Origin: Myxococcota bacterium
GTDB lineage: Bacteria > Myxococcota_A > UBA9160 > UBA6930
DNA: 64,000 bases
Reading direction: 5' to 3'
Assembly: GCA_965223415.1 (NCBI GenBank)
Contig: OZ245002.1
Location: 3,392,001 to 3,456,000 of the forward strand
Below the pieces are notes generated by a model. It was not told the origin of the DNA. It saw only the letters and a list, made by a program, of their open reading frames with translations, and did no database searches. Below are positions 9,586-17,709 of this stretch, piece by piece. The translations under genes were made by a program, and so were the position numbers. Within the stretch, counting starts at the first letter, position 1, and every line of letters starts with the position of its first letter.

Positions 9586-10761
9586 TCAGTCGAGGCGCTC
9601 GATGATCGTGCCCGTGCCGAGGCCGCCGCCGCAGCACATGGAGACGAGACCGTAACGCCCACCGCTTCGCTCCAACTCATGGAGGGCGGTGGTGATCAGG
9701 CGGTCGCCGGTGGCGCCGGTCGGGTGGCCGAGGGCGATGGCGCCACCGTTCGGGTTCACCCGCTCCAGGACGGGCTTGCACTCGAGCTGCCAGGCCAGCA
9801 CCACGCTCGCGAAGGCCTCGTTCACCTCGTAGGTGTCCATGTCCTCGATGCCGAGGCCTGTCTTCGCCAGCAGCTTCCGGGTCGCCGGGCTCGGGCCCTT
9901 CAGCATGGTGACCGGGTCGACGCCCACGATCGTGCTGTGGACGATGCGCGCCCGCGCCGTGAGGCCGAGGCGCGAGACCGCGTCCTCCGAGGCGAGCAGC
10001 ACCGCCGACGCGCCGTCGGTGATCTGGGAAGAGCTGCCCGCCGTGTGCACACCGTCCTCCATCACGGCCTTCAGCGCGGCGAGTTTCTCGAGGGAGGTCT
10101 CGCGCAAGCCCTCGTCGCGGGTGACGGTGACCGTCTCCTTCGTCGGCTGGCCGTCTTCGGCGAGGGTCGGTGCCTCCATTGGCACGACCTCCCGGTCGAA
10201 GCGCCCCTCGCTCCAGGCCCGTGCGGCGTTCTCCTGGCTGCGCAGGCCGAAAGCGTCGGTGTCCTCGCGGGTGATGCCGTACTCCTTGGCGATCATCTCC
10301 GCGCCCTGGAACTGGGACTTGAAGGCGTAGCGCTCGAAGTAGGAGCTCGGCACCGGGCGCCCCAGGTTCTTGTCGGAGAAGTTCGCGCCGAGGGGAATGC
10401 GGCTCATGCACTCCACGCCACAGGACAGCACGAGGTCCTCGAGGCCGGAACCGACGAGCCCCGCCGCCAGGGTGCTGGCCTGCTGGCTCGAGCCGCACTG
10501 GCTGTCGACGGTGGTGGAGGCGACCTCCAGGGGCAGCCCGGCCGAGAGCCAGGCCGTACGCGCCACGTTGAAGGACTGCTCGCCGACCTGGCTGACGCAG
10601 CCGCCGACCACCTGGCCCACTTCCGCCGGGTCGACACCGGCGCGGTCTACCGCCGCCTTCATCACGTTCCCGAGCAGGTCCGCCGGGTGGAGGGTGGAGA
10701 GACTGCCGCCCCGTCGTCCCAGGGGAGAGCGCGCGGCCTCGACGATGTAGACGTCACCCAT
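9586..10761 (-). CDS. Thiolase (acetyl-CoA C-acyltransferase), FadA5-like
   Basis: QCGSSQQA, NEAFA, NGGAIALGHP and MCCGGGLG motifs; ATG at 10761. Confidence 0.92.
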   Translation of the reverse strand: MGDVYIVEAARSPLGRRGGSLSTLHPADLLGNVMKAAVDRAGVDPAEVGQVVGGCVSQVGEQSFNVARTAWLSAGLPLEVASTTVDSQCGSSQQASTLAAGLVGSGLEDLVLSCGVECMSRIPLGANFSDKNLGRPVPSSYFERYAFKSQFQGAEMIAKEYGITREDTDAFGLRSQENAARAWSEGRFDREVVPMEAPTLAEDGQPTKETVTVTRDEGLRETSLEKLAALKAVMEDGVHTAGSSSQITDGASAVLLASEDAVSRLGLTARARIVHSTIVGVDPVTMLKGPSPATRKLLAKTGLGIEDMDTYEVNEAFASVVLAWQLECKPVLERVNPNGGAIALGHPTGATGDRLITTALHELERSGGRYGLVSMCCGGGLGTGTIIERLD

Positions 10762-10763
10762 GT

Positions 10764-11243
10764 CTAGCGATGCTCCATCTTCACTTCTTCGGTGGCTTCG
10801 GTCTTCCCGCCAGCCTTGACCCAGGCCTTGAAGACGCGTCCCGCGTCCCGGGCCGGGTTGTAGATGTCCTCCTCGGATGCCCACAGGCCGTTGCCGCCGT
10901 AGACCAGCCGCGTCCAGTTCGGGAACGCGAAGGGCGCGCCGTTCTCCTGGAAGGGCTCCGGGAAGGAATTCTGGCAGCAGAAGACGATCGCGCCGCGCTC
11001 TTCGTCGAGGACCCACCAATCCTGGGGGAAGGTCATCGTCGGGTACGGCGCCATCACGCCCTGGATCCACTTCTCGATGGCGTCGCGTCCCTGGAACTCG
11101 CCGTAGGCGTGCTCGATGTAGTGGGCGTCCTCGGTGAAGACCGCCGCCCAGACGCTCCAGTCGCCGGTGCGGGAGGCGGTGTCGCGCGCCTGCTTGTAGC
11201 GGTCGAAGGCTTCGAGGATCTCTTCGCGGGAGTACTGACCCAT
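10764..11243 (-). CDS. SnoaL-like / NTF2 family protein
   Basis: WAAVFTEDAHYIEHAYGEFQGRDAIEKWI; upstream of and co-oriented with the thiolase. Confidence 0.8.
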   Translation of the reverse strand: MGQYSREEILEAFDRYKQARDTASRTGDWSVWAAVFTEDAHYIEHAYGEFQGRDAIEKWIQGVMAPYPTMTFPQDWWVLDEERGAIVFCCQNSFPEPFQENGAPFAFPNWTRLVYGGNGLWASEEDIYNPARDAGRVFKAWVKAGGKTEATEEVKMEHR

Positions 11244-11302
11244 GACGGACTCCGAGGTTTCGGGACCGCGGAGCGTAGGCCAACCGGGCTAGGCTCCGCA
11301 CC

Positions 11303-12199
11303 ATGGGCGTGCGTGTCGGCGTGGGGATCGGCTCCTTCGGCTTCGAGGAGGCCTCCGGCTGGTTCCGCTTCGTAGAGCGCCTGGAACGCGCGGGCGTCGA
11401 CTCCTTCTGGCAGACCGATCGGCTGGTCTCCCGCGAGCCCTACCTGGAGGCGATGTCGGCGATGGCCGCCCTGGCCGGCGCGACGGAGCGCATCAAGTTC
11501 GGGATGAATGCGGTGGTGATCGGGTTCCGCGATCCCCTGCTGCTGGCGAAGCAGTGCGCGACCATCGACTATCTGTCCGGCGGCCGTCTGCTGCCCGTGT
11601 TCGGGGTGGGTGCCGACGGCGCGCCGGAGTGGCAGGCCACGGGTCGGAGCCCGGCGCGCCGGGGCCGCTGCGCCAACGAGGCCCTCGCCCTGCTCTCGCG
11701 TCTGTGGTCCGAGGAGTCGGTGGACTTCGAGGGCGAGTTCTATCGCTACGAAGGCGCGCGTATCGAGCCGCGCCCGGTCCAGCAGCCGCTTCCCCTGTGG
11801 ATCGGCGGCAGTAGCAAGGCGGCGATCCGCCGCACGGCCCGGCTCGGCACCGGCTGGCTCGCCGGCATCACCGCACCGGGCCTGGTGGGCCCGGTGATCC
11901 GCTCGATCCAGGCGGAGGCCCGGGCCGTCGGCCGCACGATCGCCACGGACCACTTCGGCGCCACGATCCCCTTCCGTTTCGGCGGTGCCGACGACCCCAT
12001 GGCGAAGCGCCTCGCCGCGCGGGCCGGCGACGCCCTCGTGATCGGGACCCCCGCCGACCTGATCGCCCGGGCTCGCGCCTACCAGGAAGCCGGCGCGTCG
12101 AAGTTCGTCATGCTCCCCCTTGCCACCGGCGAGCACGACATCCTCCAGCAGACCGCTCCTCTCCTCGCCGAAGTCATCCCCCCCCTCGAATCCGCCTGA
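11303..12199 (+). CDS. LLM-class flavin-dependent oxidoreductase
   Basis: GVDSFWQTD, DPLLLAKQCATIDYLSGGRL, PRPVQQPLPLWIGG. Confidence 0.88.
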   Translation: MGVRVGVGIGSFGFEEASGWFRFVERLERAGVDSFWQTDRLVSREPYLEAMSAMAALAGATERIKFGMNAVVIGFRDPLLLAKQCATIDYLSGGRLLPVFGVGADGAPEWQATGRSPARRGRCANEALALLSRLWSEESVDFEGEFYRYEGARIEPRPVQQPLPLWIGGSSKAAIRRTARLGTGWLAGITAPGLVGPVIRSIQAEARAVGRTIATDHFGATIPFRFGGADDPMAKRLAARAGDALVIGTPADLIARARAYQEAGASKFVMLPLATGEHDILQQTAPLLAEVIPPLESA

Positions 12200-12213
12200 C
12201 CGACCGGCTGAGA

Positions 12214-12281
12214 GCAAGAGTGGGGACGTTCCTTGCAACTTGCGCAATTGCGCAAGTTGCAAGGAACGTCCCCACTCTTGC
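12214..12281. repeat. 68-bp perfect loopless palindrome, REPIN-like family A (GGGGACGTTCCTT core)
   Basis: 34-bp arm GCAAGAGTGGGGACGTTCCTTGCAACTTGCGCAA followed directly by its exact reverse complement; between convergent genes. Confidence 0.95.
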
Positions 12282-12292
12282 GTTCTTGGGGG

Positions 12293-13018
12293 TCAGGCCT
12301 GGCGCAGGTGGGCGGCCATGCGGGTGCGGACGCGGTTCGCGAGCTCTTCCGGGTCGGTGCCGAGGGCGGTGGCGGGGATCTCCTCGAGGATGTCGACCCG
12401 GATCGGGTGGCGGCCCTGGAGGACGAAGCCACGCTTGGGGAGCGCGTCACCGCTGCCCTGGATGGTCATCACCAGCAGCGGCTTCTGGCAGCGGATGGCC
12501 AGCTCGAAGGCGCCGTTCTTGAATGGGCGGAGCTTGCCGTTCACCGACCGGGTGCCTTCCGGGAACATCATGATCGAGCTGCCCTCGTCGAGGGTCTGCT
12601 CGCAGGCGCGGAACATCTGGAGGACGCTCGAACGCTCCCCGCGGCGGATCTCGACGTAGCGATTGAGGCGCATGTTCCAGCCGATGAACGGCAGCCGGAA
12701 GTTCTCGATCTTCGACACCCACTTGAAGTGGGTGAAGAGGCGGAACAGGACGAGGATGTCCACCAGCGAAAGATGGTTCGAGACCATCACGTAGGTCTCG
12801 CGCGGCCGGATCTTCTCGCGCCCCTCGATCGAGACGTTCCACGCCGGATTGAACCATGTGTAGAGCGACGCCCAGAAGCAGGTGAAGCGGTGCAGCAGGA
12901 CCTTCCGGCGGTCGAACGGGGCGGTGACGGCCCAGACCAACACCGCCACCGGGAAGAGCAGGACCGACGAGATGGTGAGGAAGGCCCAGAAGACGAGGGA
13001 GCCGATGCGACGCGCCAC
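12293..13018 (-). CDS. Lysophospholipid acyltransferase (PlsC family)
   Basis: NHLSLVD (HxxxxD), FPEGTRS and FKNGAF motifs. Confidence 0.92.
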   Translation of the reverse strand: MARRIGSLVFWAFLTISSVLLFPVAVLVWAVTAPFDRRKVLLHRFTCFWASLYTWFNPAWNVSIEGREKIRPRETYVMVSNHLSLVDILVLFRLFTHFKWVSKIENFRLPFIGWNMRLNRYVEIRRGERSSVLQMFRACEQTLDEGSSIMMFPEGTRSVNGKLRPFKNGAFELAIRCQKPLLVMTIQGSGDALPKRGFVLQGRHPIRVDILEEIPATALGTDPEELANRVRTRMAAHLRQA

Positions 13019-13048
13019 GGCCGAGAGATTACCGCGGCCGTCCCCGGG

Positions 13049-14005
13049 CTACTCCAGCTCGAAGGAGCGGGCGTTGTCGCAGGCGATACCCGGATCGGCG
13101 CGAACCGCCTGCGCCCGGGCCCGATCGAGGGCGTCCGTATCCATGCGGGTGGGCAGCTCGTTCAGGTCGGCCAGCAGCGTCAGGCCCTCGGCCCGCGCCG
13201 CCGGATCGTTCTCGGCTTCGCCCAGGCAGACGAGGGCGACGCCGAGCTCGACCCGATAGTCGATCCGGCTCGGCACCACGTCCGCCGCCTGCCGGGCCAG
13301 GCGCACCGCAGCCAGCTTGTCGCCGCGGAAGCCCAGCATGCGCTCGATCCACCAGGTGTCGGGGACCATCCGGTAGTACACCGCCGCGCCGTAGTAGAGG
13401 TTGGCCCGCTCGTGGTTCCACTCGTTGTCGGTCCACACCGAGGGCTCGAGGGCGAGGCACCGCTCGAGCTCGATGCCGGATTCCTTGATCAGCCCGACCG
13501 AGCGCATCGCGCCCTTCACGGTGGCGATCCGGGAGGTGGAGGCGAAGTGGTAGAAGCAGCATTCGACGCAGCCCGGGTCGGCGGCGGCGGCCGCTCCGGC
13601 GCGGGCGCGGGCCTCCTCGAAGATCGCGAGCCGCTGCTCCTTGTCCTCGATCGGCACCGCCTCCCCCACCACCATCAGGTCGCGGGCCAGCCTCCAGGAC
13701 GTGTGGACGTCGCCGGGCTGGAGATCGAGGATGCGCCGCTTGATCTCGGCGGCCCGGCGGCTATCGCCGGTGGCTTCGGCCTCGACGCTGTCGGCCCACA
13801 GGCTCGCCAGGCTCGGATCGCCGAGCAGGTCCGGCGTGCGCAGGGAGGGGGCGATCGCGTCGACCGGCGGCAGGGTCGCCGCCTCGGCCGGAGTGCTGGC
13901 CAGCGCCACTTCCTCGGCGCCGCAGGCGGCCGCCAGGAGCCAGAAGGCGCCGGCCCAGGCCGCGGGCCGGCTTCGACGTAGGAGCAGGAGGAGCATCGAT
14001 CGCAT
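13049..14005 (-). CDS. TPR-like helical lipoprotein (TatT/BstC-like, tentative)
   Basis: Lipobox LAAAC; WRLAR...CVECCFY...YYRMVPD...GDK helical-repeat pattern; start at 14005 or 13996. Confidence 0.55.
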   Translation of the reverse strand: MRSMLLLLLRRSRPAAWAGAFWLLAAACGAEEVALASTPAEAATLPPVDAIAPSLRTPDLLGDPSLASLWADSVEAEATGDSRRAAEIKRRILDLQPGDVHTSWRLARDLMVVGEAVPIEDKEQRLAIFEEARARAGAAAAADPGCVECCFYHFASTSRIATVKGAMRSVGLIKESGIELERCLALEPSVWTDNEWNHERANLYYGAAVYYRMVPDTWWIERMLGFRGDKLAAVRLARQAADVVPSRIDYRVELGVALVCLGEAENDPAARAEGLTLLADLNELPTRMDTDALDRARAQAVRADPGIACDNARSFELE

Positions 14006-14101
14006 GGCTGGATTCCCCGTAGGCGTGGGTGTCCGGCGAGCGTCTGGAGGTGTCAGCATGCCGTGTCCCGCGGGGAATAGCCAGGGAGCGGCGACGAGGC
14101 C

Positions 14102-14128
14102 GTAACCGGCCCCGTGCCCGCCGCGTAG
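14102..14128 (+). promoter_or_regulatory. ECF sigma-type promoter GTAACC-N16-CGTAG
   Basis: GTAACC at 14102-14107, 16-nt spacer, CGTAG at 14124-14128, upstream of the DUF3179 gene; same architecture at 17205-17179. Confidence 0.65.
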
Positions 14129-14149
14129 TCCTGCGCGGAGGCCGGGGAA

Positions 14150-15112
14150 ATGGGCGCATGGGTCCGGGGAAGGGCGGGGCGGCTCCTCGCCGCGGCGTGG
14201 GGCGCGCTGGCGGCCGCTGCGGCCCCGGCCGAGCCGATCCGCAATGGCTTCGACCTCGCGGACGCCGCCGTGCCGGCCGAGGAGATCCTCGCCGGGGGCC
14301 CGGCCCGGGACGACATTCCCGCCCTCGACCACCCCGAGGCCATCGGCTCCGCCGGCGCCGACTGGGACGACGACGTCTTGGTGCTGGGCTTCGCCGAGAA
14401 CGGCGAGGCCCGGGCCTACCCGGTGCCAATCCTCGACTGGCACGAGCTGGTGAACGACACGGTGGGAGGCCGCCCGGTGCTCGTCAGCTGGTGTCCCCTG
14501 TGCGGCACGGGGATGGTCTTCGACCGCCGGGTCGGCGAGGCCGATCGACACTTCGGTGTGTCGGGCCTGCTCTACCGCTCCGACGTCCTGATGTACGACC
14601 GGGAGACCGAGAGCCTGTGGTCCCAGATCTCCTCCCGGGCGATCAGCGGGCCGAGCCGGGGCCGCGAGCTCCGGCTGCTGCGCTCCCGGATGGAGCGCTG
14701 GGGCGCGTGGCGGCTGCGGCATCCCCACACCACGGTGCTCTCCCGGCGTACCGGCCACCAGCGGGCCTACGGCCGCTCACCCTACGCCGGCTACGCCACC
14801 TCGAAACGCCTGCGGTTCCCGACTCCGACCGACGACCGCTACCACCCGAAGATGCCGACCGTGGGGCTGCGCCTGCCCGGCGGCGTCGCCCGCGGCTATC
14901 CGGCGGAAGAGCTGGTCCGGGCCGGTGGATTCGCGGAGGAGGAGCTGGCCGGCCACCGGGTTCGCGTCCGCTACGACGACACCGCCCAGACCTTCGACGT
15001 CGAGGCGCCGGAGGGGGTGGAGGTGATCGAGGGGTTCTGGTTCGCCTGGGCGGCCTTCCACCCGGACGCCAGTGTGTTTCGAGTCCCAGCTTCCGGAGGA
15101 ACGCTCCCATGA
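14150..15112 (+). CDS. DUF3179-family secreted CxxC protein
   Basis: Signal peptide, GGPARDDIPALDHP, ARAYP..IL.WHELVND, WCPLCGTG, FGVSGLLY, MYDRETESLWSQ, FWFAWAAFHP. Confidence 0.88.
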   Translation: MGAWVRGRAGRLLAAAWGALAAAAAPAEPIRNGFDLADAAVPAEEILAGGPARDDIPALDHPEAIGSAGADWDDDVLVLGFAENGEARAYPVPILDWHELVNDTVGGRPVLVSWCPLCGTGMVFDRRVGEADRHFGVSGLLYRSDVLMYDRETESLWSQISSRAISGPSRGRELRLLRSRMERWGAWRLRHPHTTVLSRRTGHQRAYGRSPYAGYATSKRLRFPTPTDDRYHPKMPTVGLRLPGGVARGYPAEELVRAGGFAEEELAGHRVRVRYDDTAQTFDVEAPEGVEVIEGFWFAWAAFHPDASVFRVPASGGTLP

Positions 15113-15837
15113 CGAAGATCGCCAACGTCCTGTCCTGCATCGCGCTCGCCACCCTGCTCGCGGCGCCGGCCGCCGCGGAGAACCCCTGCAACCCGTGCGC
15201 GGCCAATCCATGCGCCGAGAACCCGTGTGCGGCGAACCCCTGCGCGGCCAACCCGTATGCGGCGAACCCCTGCGCGGCCAACCCGTGTGCGGCGAACCCC
15301 TGCGGCGGCAACCCCTGCGCCGCCCCGAACCCGTGCAATCCCTGCGGCGGAAACCCCTGCAATCCCTGCGGTGGCGGAACGACGGACGCCTCGCGCTTCG
15401 TGCAGCCGAAGGGCGCCGCGCTCGCCAGCGCCGACGCGGCGACGCTCAGGGCCGAAGGGGAGACGCTCTGGAACGACAAGTCGCTCTCGAAGAGCGGAGC
15501 GCTCTCGTGCGCGACCTGCCACGTCGGCGGCACCACCCAGATGAACGCCAGCTTCGGTGCGCCCTATCCGCATCGGGTGGCGATGCCCCACCAGGCGGCG
15601 GGCGTGGAGGAGGTGAACGCCGCCGAGATGGTGCAGTTCTGCATGGTCACGCCGATGGCGAACGAGCCGCTGCCCTGGTCTTCCCGCCAGCTGGCGGCCC
15701 TGACGGCCTACGTCGAGAAGCTGCAGGAGGGCTTCGTCGCGCCGGCCGCCGGTACAGGTGCGGGGGTAAACCCCTGCAATCCCTGCGGAGCGAATCCCTG
15801 CGCAGGCGGGAACCCCTGCAACCCGTGCGGCAACTAA
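15109..15837 (+). CDS. Secreted monoheme cytochrome c (SoxA/TsdA-like domain) flanked by Asn-Pro-Cys repeats
   Basis: ATGA overlap with DUF3179; signal peptide; 13 NPC plus 1 NPY N-terminal repeats; CATCH heme motif; EMVQFCMVTPMANEPLPWSSRQLAALTAYV segment; 5 C-terminal NPC repeats. Confidence 0.85.
   Translation: MTKIANVLSCIALATLLAAPAAAENPCNPCAANPCAENPCAANPCAANPYAANPCAANPCAANPCGGNPCAAPNPCNPCGGNPCNPCGGGTTDASRFVQPKGAALASADAATLRAEGETLWNDKSLSKSGALSCATCHVGGTTQMNASFGAPYPHRVAMPHQAAGVEEVNAAEMVQFCMVTPMANEPLPWSSRQLAALTAYVEKLQEGFVAPAAGTGAGVNPCNPCGANPCAGGNPCNPCGN
15181..15369 (+). repeat. Coding tandem repeat array of NPC(xx) units, including three near-identical 30-bp units at 15220-15309
   Basis: Units close to AACCCGTGTGCGGCGAACCCCTGCGCGGCC; the middle copy has TGT>TAT (Cys>Tyr) and the third ends GGCGGC. 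Confidence 0.92.
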
Positions 15838-15958
15838 TCCGTACGAGTGCACGCGCCGGGCGGTCGGCACCCGTCGCCCGGCGCCAACGTTTCGCCCCAT
15901 CCAGGCGAATTCGGGGACCGACAGCGACCCCTCCTGCTGTCGGTCCCCACCCCTGGCC

Positions 15959-17170
15959 TCAGCGCGGCCGACGCAGCTCCGCCAGCACGTAGGACGAGCG
16001 CCGTGTCCGCTCCAGCGCGTCGGCGATCAGCGCCCGGGCTTCCTCGTCCTCGAGCCGCGGCAGGTAGCGCTCGAAGACGCCCCGGTAGTGGAAGTCCGGG
16101 TCGACGGTCACCCGCCCGACCAGGCCCGCCGCCTGGGGCTCGAAGGGGAGCTCGTAGGCGAGGCGCGCCGTTCCACCGGCCGGCACCCGGGTGTCGAAGA
16201 CGTCCTCGCCCTTCCGGAAGTCGACCTTGCGGCCGATGGTGTGCTCGCGACGCGTGTCCCGGATCTCGGCCCCCGCGCCGTCGACCTGCCACACGGCCAT
16301 CACCACGCGCGGCGTCACGTAGGTGGGGAACGCATGGCCGACGCCGTGAGCGGTCACCACCAGCACAGGCGCCTCGCCCGGGGCCCAGGCGACGTCCACG
16401 CCGGCGGCGACCATCTCCCGGTCGTGGATGCCCCGCCAGAGGTGGCGGCGGTCGGGCATGTGGCAGCTCTGGCAGGTCTGGCCGCGGGCCGCATGGGGGC
16501 TCTCCTGCCATTCGAAGAAGGTGTTCTGCACGTTGATGCCCTTGCGATCGAAGAACTGATGGCAGGGGGCGCAGAAGCGCGACTCCTGGAAGTCGGGGCG
16601 AGCCTCGAAGCCGCCGTGGGGCAGCGCTTCGGGAAGCGGCGGCAGCTCCGCGCGGCGCGGCGGGCCGAGACGCTGGTGCGCTCGCACGTGGCAGCCGGCG
16701 CACACCAGGCCCTGGGCGCGCAGGTCCGCCCGATGGTCCGGGCGCGGCTCGTGGTCCGGCCCCGGACCGAAGGGCTGCTGCTCCTCGAGCGGCGTGTGGC
16801 AGCGCTGGCAGCCGCGCAGCGCGTGGGGCCGGGCGTTGGCCCCTTCGATCAGCTGGCCGGCGAAGCCCGGCGAGAAGGCGTCGGCGTGCAGGGACGTCTC
16901 CCAGTCGGCGAGCTGCTGCGGGTGACAGGCGCCGCAGTCCTTCGGGTCCAGGGACGCCTCGAGCGGGCTCCAGCCTTCCGGTGCCGGGCCCTGGGCGGCG
17001 ACCGGGCGCTTCCAGTGGGCCTCCAGGAAGGGTCCCAGGGCCCGCTCGCGCTGGGTCGGGCGCCCGGCCTCCCCGGGGTCGGGGGAAGGCGGGTCCATCG
17101 GGCCCGCCGACTCCTCGCCCTCGCAGGCGGGGAGCAGCAGGACGAGCAGGGCGAGCGCGTGCCACCTCAT
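15959..17170 (-). CDS. Pentaheme c-type cytochrome lipoprotein (c554-like multiheme family)
   Basis: Lipobox LPAC; CGACH, CQRCH, CAGCH, CAPCH and CQSCH; GHAFPT motif in the C-terminal region. Confidence 0.88.
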   Translation of the reverse strand: MRWHALALLVLLLPACEGEESAGPMDPPSPDPGEAGRPTQRERALGPFLEAHWKRPVAAQGPAPEGWSPLEASLDPKDCGACHPQQLADWETSLHADAFSPGFAGQLIEGANARPHALRGCQRCHTPLEEQQPFGPGPDHEPRPDHRADLRAQGLVCAGCHVRAHQRLGPPRRAELPPLPEALPHGGFEARPDFQESRFCAPCHQFFDRKGINVQNTFFEWQESPHAARGQTCQSCHMPDRRHLWRGIHDREMVAAGVDVAWAPGEAPVLVVTAHGVGHAFPTYVTPRVVMAVWQVDGAGAEIRDTRREHTIGRKVDFRKGEDVFDTRVPAGGTARLAYELPFEPQAAGLVGRVTVDPDFHYRGVFERYLPRLEDEEARALIADALERTRRSSYVLAELRRPR

Positions 17171-17178
17171 CGCCGCTC

Positions 17179-17205
17179 CTACGCGAGGCGGCCTGCGGCG
17201 GTTAC
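17179..17205 (-). promoter_or_regulatory. ECF sigma-type promoter GTAACC-N16-CGTAG
   Basis: Minus strand GTAACC (17205-17200, contains the DoxX TAA stop), 16-nt spacer, CGTAG (17183-17179), 8 nt before the multiheme ATG at 17170. Confidence 0.65.
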
Positions 17206-17600
17206 TCCGGGCCTTCCGCGCGGGCGCCGTCCACGCTCCAGAGGCCGGCGCCCTTCGCGGCGATCAACAGGAAGACCCAGCAGTAGGCGATGGAGAGCTC
17301 GCCCTGGTTCAGGATCGGGAAGAACTCGCCGGACTGCCCCCAGTGGGCCATGAAGTAGGCCACGGCCATGGTTCCGCTGGAGAGGAAGGCGGCCGGCCCC
17401 GTGAAGAGGCCGATCGCGACTAGCGCCCCGCACACCAGCTCGATGCCGCCGGCGCCGTAGACGATGAAGGCCGGCGCACCGTCCGGCGGGCCGCCGAAGA
17501 GCCCGAAGACCTTCTGCAGGCCATGCTGGAGGAAGAGCAAGCCGATCAGGATGCGCATCGCGGCGTAGATCTTCTCGGTGTGCGGTCGAAGGAAGTCCAT
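17202..17600 (-). CDS. DoxX family membrane protein
   Basis: [55 protein letters not shown]. Confidence 0.9.
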   Translation of the reverse strand: MDFLRPHTEKIYAAMRILIGLLFLQHGLQKVFGLFGGPPDGAPAFIVYGAGGIELVCGALVAIGLFTGPAAFLSSGTMAVAYFMAHWGQSGEFFPILNQGELSIAYCWVFLLIAAKGAGLWSVDGARAEGPE

Positions 17601-17666
17601 CTCGTCTCCTCGCTGGGGCCCCCGGGGCGGGCTGGGACCATGGCTGCCGCGAGTCTACCCTGGCTC

Positions 17667-17696
17667 GCAACCACGGGCCGGGTCGGGCATCCCAGG
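17667..17696 (+). promoter_or_regulatory. Candidate ECF-type promoter GCAACC-N15-CATC upstream of msrP
   Basis: Shares the 13-mer CGGGCATCCCAGG and the spacing with the site at 28403-28432. Confidence 0.4.
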
Positions 17697-17709
17697 TCCG
17701 AGGAGCGCC

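Noticed and set aside
14150..15112. Selenocysteine recoding in DUF3179
   Set aside because: The redox motif is CPLC encoded by TGT/TGC and there is no in-frame TGA.
15181..15369. Tandem repeats as a CRISPR array
   Set aside because: Units are contiguous, in-frame coding repeats without unique spacers; no cas genes seen.
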